From positions 384,001 through 448,000 of the forward strand of contig CAWIAD010000002.1 of NCBI GenBank assembly GCA_963833985.1: a DNA stretch of 64,000 nt. Reading direction: 5' to 3'. Source of the DNA: an uncultured Planctomycetaceae bacterium (GTDB lineage: Bacteria; Planctomycetota; Planctomycetia; Isosphaerales; Isosphaeraceae). Shown here piece after piece: positions 58,627-64,000 of the stretch. A program made the translations under genes and the position numbers. Each line of letters starts with the position of its first letter. Positions within the stretch are counted from its first letter, which is position 1. The notes below the pieces were generated by a model. The model made no database searches. It had not been told where the DNA came from and worked only from the letters and a program-made list of their open reading frames with translations.

Positions 58627-61600
58627 GCGTCGCAGCGACTCCCGAGACAGAAACCCACGCCGTATCCGAGACCGCTGAGAGCGGTCGCGGCATGAACCTG
58701 GTCGCGCTGGCCCGGCCCTTTTTCGGGCTCATCGTCCTGACCACCGTACTGCTCTCGGCCTTCGGGCTGTACGCGATGTTCCGGATGCCCAGCGGCATCT
58801 ATCCGGAGGTGGCCTTCCCGCGCATCGTGGTCATCGTCCAGGCGCCCGGTCTGGCAGTGAAGGATGTCGAGGTGGCCGTCACCCGGCCCATCGAGGAAGC
58901 CGTGAGCATCGTGCTGGGCGTGATCCAGGTGCGCTCGAAGACGGTGCGCGGCGCCGCGGAGCTGTCGATCGACTTCGCTCCCGGCACCGACATGATCCAG
59001 GCGCTCAACGACATTCGCGCCCGCATGGCCGAGGTGGGCTCGCAACTGCCCCCGGGTACGAGCACCATCACCGAGCGGCAAACGCCCTCGGTCTTTCCCA
59101 TCATCTCCTTCGTCGTCAGCGGTGGCCGCGACCCCTCCGCGCTGCATGACTATGCCTATTTCGACCTTCGGCCGCGGATCAGCCGATTGCCCGATGTCTC
59201 CTACGTGACGGTTCAAGGTGGCGATATCCGCGAGATCCTGGTGGAGGTCGATCCCCAGGCGCTGGTCGCTGCGGGGCTGTCGATCGCCGACGTCGCCGAC
59301 CGGCTGGGCAAGGAGCACCGGCTCAAGGCGGTGGGCCGGCTTGATCGCGAGGTCCTCCAGTACCAGGTGCTGGCCGACACCCAGGCCACCGATCCGATGG
59401 AGCTGGAGAACCGCGTCATCGTCAGCAAGAATGGCCAGTCGATCCGGCTCCGCGACCTCGGCCGCGTCACCATCTGGCACGAGGATCGCACGATGGTGAT
59501 CCGCTCGGGCGGAAAGGACGCCGTGGCGCTGACCGTCTTCCGCCGGCTTGGCGGCAATGCTCTGGAAGTCTCTCGCCAGCTCGACGCCGTCCTGGCCGAC
59601 GCCGTGAAGTCCGCCCCGCCCGGCGTGACCATCCGCCCGGTCTACGACCAGGGACTGCTCGTGAAGACGGCCATCGCCAACGTCCGCGACGCCATCGTCA
59701 TCGGCGGAGCGTTCAGCGTGTTCATCCTGCTCATGTTTCTCAAGAGCCTGCGGGCCACGGCCATCGCGGCGTTGTCAATTCCCCTCAGCCTCGTGATCAG
59801 CTTCGTCTTCCTGTATCTCACGGGCGATACGCTTAACCTGATGTCGCTCGGTGGACTGGCCGTGGCCATCGGCCTGATCATCGACGACACGGTCGTCGTC
59901 ATCGAGAACATCGCGCGGCACCTGGCGGAAGGCCAGACCGGCGACGAGGCCGTGGACCGGGCCAGCAAGGAGATCTCCGGAGCGGTGATCGGCTCGACGC
60001 TGACCACCATCCTCGTCTTCTTGCCGCTGGCGTTCGTGCGCGGCGTCGTCGGCCAGTTTTTCCAGTCGCTGAGCATTTCGCTGACCATCGCACTGTTGGT
60101 CTCGATGGTCGTGAGCCTCACGGTCATTCCGGTCCTGGCGGCACGGTTCCTGGGTCGTCGTTCGATGCCGACGACCGGTCCAATCTATAACCGGCTCGCG
60201 GACGTTTACGAGCGGGCCCTGAGGTTCGGACTCCGCTTCCCGAAGACGACCATGCTGCTGGCGCTGCTGGCGGTGGTCCCGGGCTGGCTGCTGGTGCGCG
60301 GCCTGAAGTTTCAGATCGGAAAAGACGTTGTGGAGATCCACGGGCTGGAGACGGGCTTCATGCCCGACATGGACGAGGGTGCCTTCGTCCTGGACTACAA
60401 CATGCCCGTCGGGACCTCGCTGGCCCAGACCGACAGGGTCCTCCGCCGCGTGGAAGACGTCCTGCTCGCGACTCCCGACGTCGAGGGCTACATCCGCCGC
60501 ACCGGCGCGGAGCTGGGCTTCTTCGCCACGGAGAGCTATACCGGCGACATCCTCGTCAGCCTGAAGCCCCCTGGCCAGCGCCGCCCGGTGAGCGACATCT
60601 TCGACGCGCTTCGTGAGCAGCTCAAGGAAGAGGTCCCCGAGCTGGAGACGGAGTTTGTCCCGCTGATCCAGGACCAGATCAACGACCTGGCGGGGGTCCA
60701 GACCCCGATCGAGGTCAAGGTCTTCGGCCCCGACCCGGTCAAGCTGCGCGCACTGGCCGAGCAGGTCGGCAAGATCGTCGAGAAAGTCGAGGGCGCCGCC
60801 GACGTCAACTCGCACGTCCTGCTGGGCAACCCGGACATCGTGGTTCGCCCGGACAGCGTGCAAACGGCACGTGTCGGCTTGACCGAGCTCGACGTCGAGA
60901 GCCAGCTCACCGCTGCCCTCTACGGCCAGGTGGCCAGCACGATCCCGGAGCAGGACCGGATGACGAAGATCCGCGTCCGCTACCCCGATCGTGTCCGCTA
61001 CAACCGGGACAGCCTCGGCAGACTGCCCATCAGCCTGGCCATGGCCACTCCGCCGCCGGCTCCGGCCGGCCTCAGCTCGGCCGGGACCACATCCGCCGGA
61101 GTTGGCTTCGTCCCGCTCGAGCAGCTCGCGTCGATCAACGTCGTGCGCAGCCCCAACGAGCTCTGCGCGAGAACCAGCAGCCGGTCATCACCGTCAGCGC
61201 CGAGCTGGAGCATGGCGATCTCGGCAGGATCAACACCGCGCTTCACGAGAAGCTCTCGGAATTGAAGTTCCCACCCGGCTACCGCTGGGAGCTGGCCGGG
61301 TCGTATCGTGCCCAGCAGGAATCCTTCCAGAGCCTCCTGGTCGTCCTCATCGTGGCGTCGGCGCTGGTGTTCCTCGTGCTGGGATTCCAGTTCCGGAGCG
61401 TGGTCCTGCCAATCCGGCTCTTCCTGGTGCAGCCCATCTCCCTGGTCAGCGCCATGTTCGCGCTCTGGATCACCGGCACGCCACTGAACGTGTCCTCTTT
61501 CATGGGGGCGATTCTCCTGATCGGCCTGGACGTGAAGAACGAGATCATCCTGATCGAGTACATCGGCCAGCTTCGTGAACAGGGGATGCCGCTTCATGCG

Positions 61601-61828
61601 GCCCTGCTCAAGGCCGGCCGGACGCGGTTCCGTCCCATCCTGATGACCAGCCTGTGCACGATCCTCGGCCTCGTCCCGCTGGCGATGGGCTTTGGCCCGG
61701 GCGCCCAGATGCAGCAGCCTCTGGCCATCGCCGTCATCGGCGGCCTGATCACCAACATGCTGCTCACGCGGCTGCTTATCCCCGTCGGCTACCTCGTTCT
61801 CAAGGGAGGTTCCGCGGCCGCGGAATGA
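58623..61828 (+). CDS. RND efflux permease (AcrB/CzcA superfamily); apparent frameshift ~61165
   Basis: IYPEVAFPRI, SLGGLAVAIGLIIDDTVVVIENI, RFRPILMT and QQPLAIAVIGG motifs. ORFs join at NEL/RENQQPVI. Confidence 0.92.
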
Positions 61829-61950
61829 GCGGAACGGCGGAACGGACCGACTGCCAAGTGCGCTCTCTGGTACCCGGTGCGCCACGTTATAATGAATCCG
61901 ATCGGCCACCGCGACCAGAAAGCACATTCTCCCGGAGAAGGGGTTTCCGC

Positions 61951-63096
61951 ATGAGCCGCCGCTTGAGCACTCGCCGACGTTTCCTGGGGCAGACCGCGAT
62001 CGGGATGGGAGCAATCCAGGTGCTCACCGTGCGTCCACCCTGGGTACGCGCAGGGCAGGCGGCAGCGGCAGGTCCTGTGGCCCCGCTCATCGATCGCGGC
62101 GTGAAGTTTCTGCGCACCCGGCAGGACGCCAAGGGCTGCTGGTCCACCCAGCGCGAGCCCGGGATCACCGCCCTGGCCGTCACGGCCTTGTTGCGCTCCG
62201 GTGAAGTCCCTCCCGGCGACCCGGCCGTTACCCGAGCCTTCGCGTACCTGGAAGGCTTCATCGGTCCCAAGGGCGGCCTCTCCGAAGCGCCTCATGCCAA
62301 CTACTCGACCTCGATCGCGCTCATGGCGTTCGAGCAAGCAAATACCAACGGGCGCTATTCCCGCCAGATCAAGGCCGGGCAGGATTTCCTCAAATCCATG
62401 CAGTGGGACGAGGGCGAGGGGAAAGCACGCGAGGACGCCTTCTACGGCGGCGCGGGGTACGGCGGCAGCAATAGCCGGCCCGACCTGTCGAACACCGCGT
62501 TCTTCATGGAAGCCCTGCACGACACGGGCCTACCGGCGAACGACCCGAACTTGCAAAAGGCCCTCGTCTTCGTTTCGCGCTGCCAGAACCTTCAGAGTGA
62601 GTTCAACGACCAGCCGTGGGCGGGCAAGGTGAATGACGGCGGATTCGTTTACACCGCAGCGCAGGGTGGCACGAGCATGGCCGGCAAGGAAGCGGGCGGC
62701 GGCCTGCGCTCTTATGCCAGCATGACCTACGCCGGGCTCAAGAGCATGATCTACGCCGGCCTCACGCGCGACGACCCTCGCGTGAAAGCCGCTCTCAGCT
62801 ACATCAGCCGGCATTACTCGCTGGACGAGAACCCCGGCCTCGGCCAGCAGGGTCTCTACTACTACTACCATACCTTCGCCAAGACGATGTCCGCGCTGGA
62901 CGCGCCGACAATCACCGACGCCTCGGGTGCATCGCACGACTGGCGCGCCGAGCTGATCGCGGCCCTGGCGAAACGACAGAATGCGGACGGTAGCTGGGTC
63001 AACTCGGCCGACCGGTTCATGGAAGGCGATTCCAACCTGGTGACGGCCTACGCCCTCCTGGCGCTGGCATACGCGCGGATGAAGACCGGACGATAG
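61951..63096 (+). CDS. Tat-exported prenyltransferase/squalene-oxidase-repeat (alpha/alpha barrel) protein
   Basis: STRRRFLG twin-arginine signal; QW-like repeats RQDAKGCW, DGGFVY, RQNADGSW. Confidence 0.8.
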   Translation: MSRRLSTRRRFLGQTAIGMGAIQVLTVRPPWVRAGQAAAAGPVAPLIDRGVKFLRTRQDAKGCWSTQREPGITALAVTALLRSGEVPPGDPAVTRAFAYLEGFIGPKGGLSEAPHANYSTSIALMAFEQANTNGRYSRQIKAGQDFLKSMQWDEGEGKAREDAFYGGAGYGGSNSRPDLSNTAFFMEALHDTGLPANDPNLQKALVFVSRCQNLQSEFNDQPWAGKVNDGGFVYTAAQGGTSMAGKEAGGGLRSYASMTYAGLKSMIYAGLTRDDPRVKAALSYISRHYSLDENPGLGQQGLYYYYHTFAKTMSALDAPTITDASGASHDWRAELIAALAKRQNADGSWVNSADRFMEGDSNLVTAYALLALAYARMKTGR

Positions 63097-63188
63097 CGTC
63101 CGGCGCCCTGGCTGTCTGAACAGAAAAACAGCTGTCGGCGCGCGGTCCGGGGCGGGCGTACCAGGCAGGGGAATGCGCCTCTGCTAGA

Positions 63189-63623
63189 CTAGCCCGCCAG
63201 CTCTTGCCGGATCCGCGCCTGGAGCTGGCTGAGCTCGTCACCGGAGTACTTTCCCTGCGTCCACGGCCAGTGAATGCGGTCGTTGGCGAAGCGGGGGATG
63301 ATGTGCCAGTGGGAATGATCGATGGTCTGCCCGGCCACAGTACCGTTGTTGATGACCACGTTGAGGCCATCTGCCCCCGTGGCCGCCTTCACGGCGCGGC
63401 AGAGTCGGGGCAAGAGCGAGCCGGCGTGGGCAGCGAGTTCGTCGGGGAGTTCGCCCAGGTGCCGGTGATGCGCGCGCGGGACGATCAGCGTGTGACCCGG
63501 GTTCAGCGGGTTGATGTCGAGGAAGACCACCGCCTGGTCTGTCTCGAGCACCCGGGCCGAGGGGATCTCACCCCGCACGATCTTGCAGAAGAGGCACTGG
63601 GATTCGAGTGCGGCGTCAGCCAC
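63189..63623 (-). CDS. HIT family nucleotide hydrolase
   Basis: CLFCKI, DINP..PGHTLIVP and AGQTIDHSHWHIIPR motifs. Confidence 0.93.
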   Translation of the reverse strand: MADAALESQCLFCKIVRGEIPSARVLETDQAVVFLDINPLNPGHTLIVPRAHHRHLGELPDELAAHAGSLLPRLCRAVKAATGADGLNVVINNGTVAGQTIDHSHWHIIPRFANDRIHWPWTQGKYSGDELSQLQARIRQELAG

Positions 63624-63670
63624 GGCACGAGGCTCCCGGAGTGGGCCTGTTTCGCCTGGTATCCCGGCGA

Positions 63671-64000
63671 TCAGCTGGTGCTGGGCGGTGAGACGACGGC
63701 TGGGCGCGTCGGCGCCTTGAGCTGTTCCTGCTCACCGAGCAGACTGATGACGGCCAGGGCGGCCGCGTCACCCTGGCGAACCCGCGCCAGCTTGTAGATC
63801 CGGGTGTAGCCGCCCGGGCGGCCCTTGTACCGCGGCCCGATCTCGTGGAACAGCTTGTAAGCGACTGCCTTGCTGGTGAGCACCGCAAGGCAGCGCCGAA
63901 AGTTGTTCAGGTCCCAGCCGTTCCTGGCCAGGGTGATCAGCTTCTCGACGTAGGGCTGAACTTCCTTGGCCTTGGGCAGCGTGGTCTGGATCTTGCCGTG
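63671..64000 (-). CDS. rplQ: 50S ribosomal protein L17 (3' part; start outside window)
   Basis: HGKIQTTLPKAKEVQPYVEKLITLA...RYKGRPGGYTRIYKL...RQGDAA. Confidence 0.97.
   Translation of the reverse strand, partial: HGKIQTTLPKAKEVQPYVEKLITLARNGWDLNNFRRCLAVLTSKAVAYKLFHEIGPRYKGRPGGYTRIYKLARVRQGDAAALAVISLLGEQEQLKAPTRPAVVSPPSTS

Noticed and set aside
61520..61560. Altered RND helix motif (KNEIIL where KNG/KNA is usual)
   Set aside because: A single substitution in a window with many probable sequencing errors cannot be trusted.
1..64000. tRNA, rRNA, CRISPR array, integrase or transposase
   Set aside because: No cloverleaf, rRNA-like stretch, regularly spaced repeat or recombinase motif was recognised by eye. 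A covariance-model scan would be needed to exclude small RNAs.

Overview
GC-rich bacterial window, most likely from a planctomycete. The DUF1559 prepilin-type gene, LEPRxLL-type motif protein, ECF sigma-Ser/Thr kinase pair and DUF4058 genes point that way, but the taxonomy is inferred. About 42 genes are supported. The main highlight is a compact eukaryote-like ubiquitination operon (4358-8555, minus strand): a ubiquitin-like protein ending in Gly, an E2 with SIM-like acidic/hydrophobic tail motifs, a Uba3-like E1, and a JAB/MPN+ isopeptidase anchored by two TM helices around a coiled coil. It is flanked by a Ste24-like M48 protease and a Zn-ribbon membrane protein, and no E3 is recognisable. 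Other highlights: (i) a three-gene biosynthetic cluster of glutamate-cysteine-ligase (GCS2)-family ligase, IucA/IucC NIS synthetase and MFS exporter, behind a hairpin-rich leader; (ii) a ~1,480-aa protein with a voltage-sensor-like S1-S4 domain but no pore signature; (iii) two tandem DUF4058 genes that are near-identical apart from a ~77-bp divergent patch; (iv) rpsL-rpsG separated from fusA/tuf. The rest is carbohydrate enzymes, signalling kinases, an RND efflux system, ndh, a HIT protein and the 3' part of rplQ. At least 12 apparent indels split otherwise intact genes, which most likely reflects sequencing/assembly error. No tRNA, rRNA, CRISPR array or transposase was seen. All family calls come from motif recognition by eye, not from database searches.
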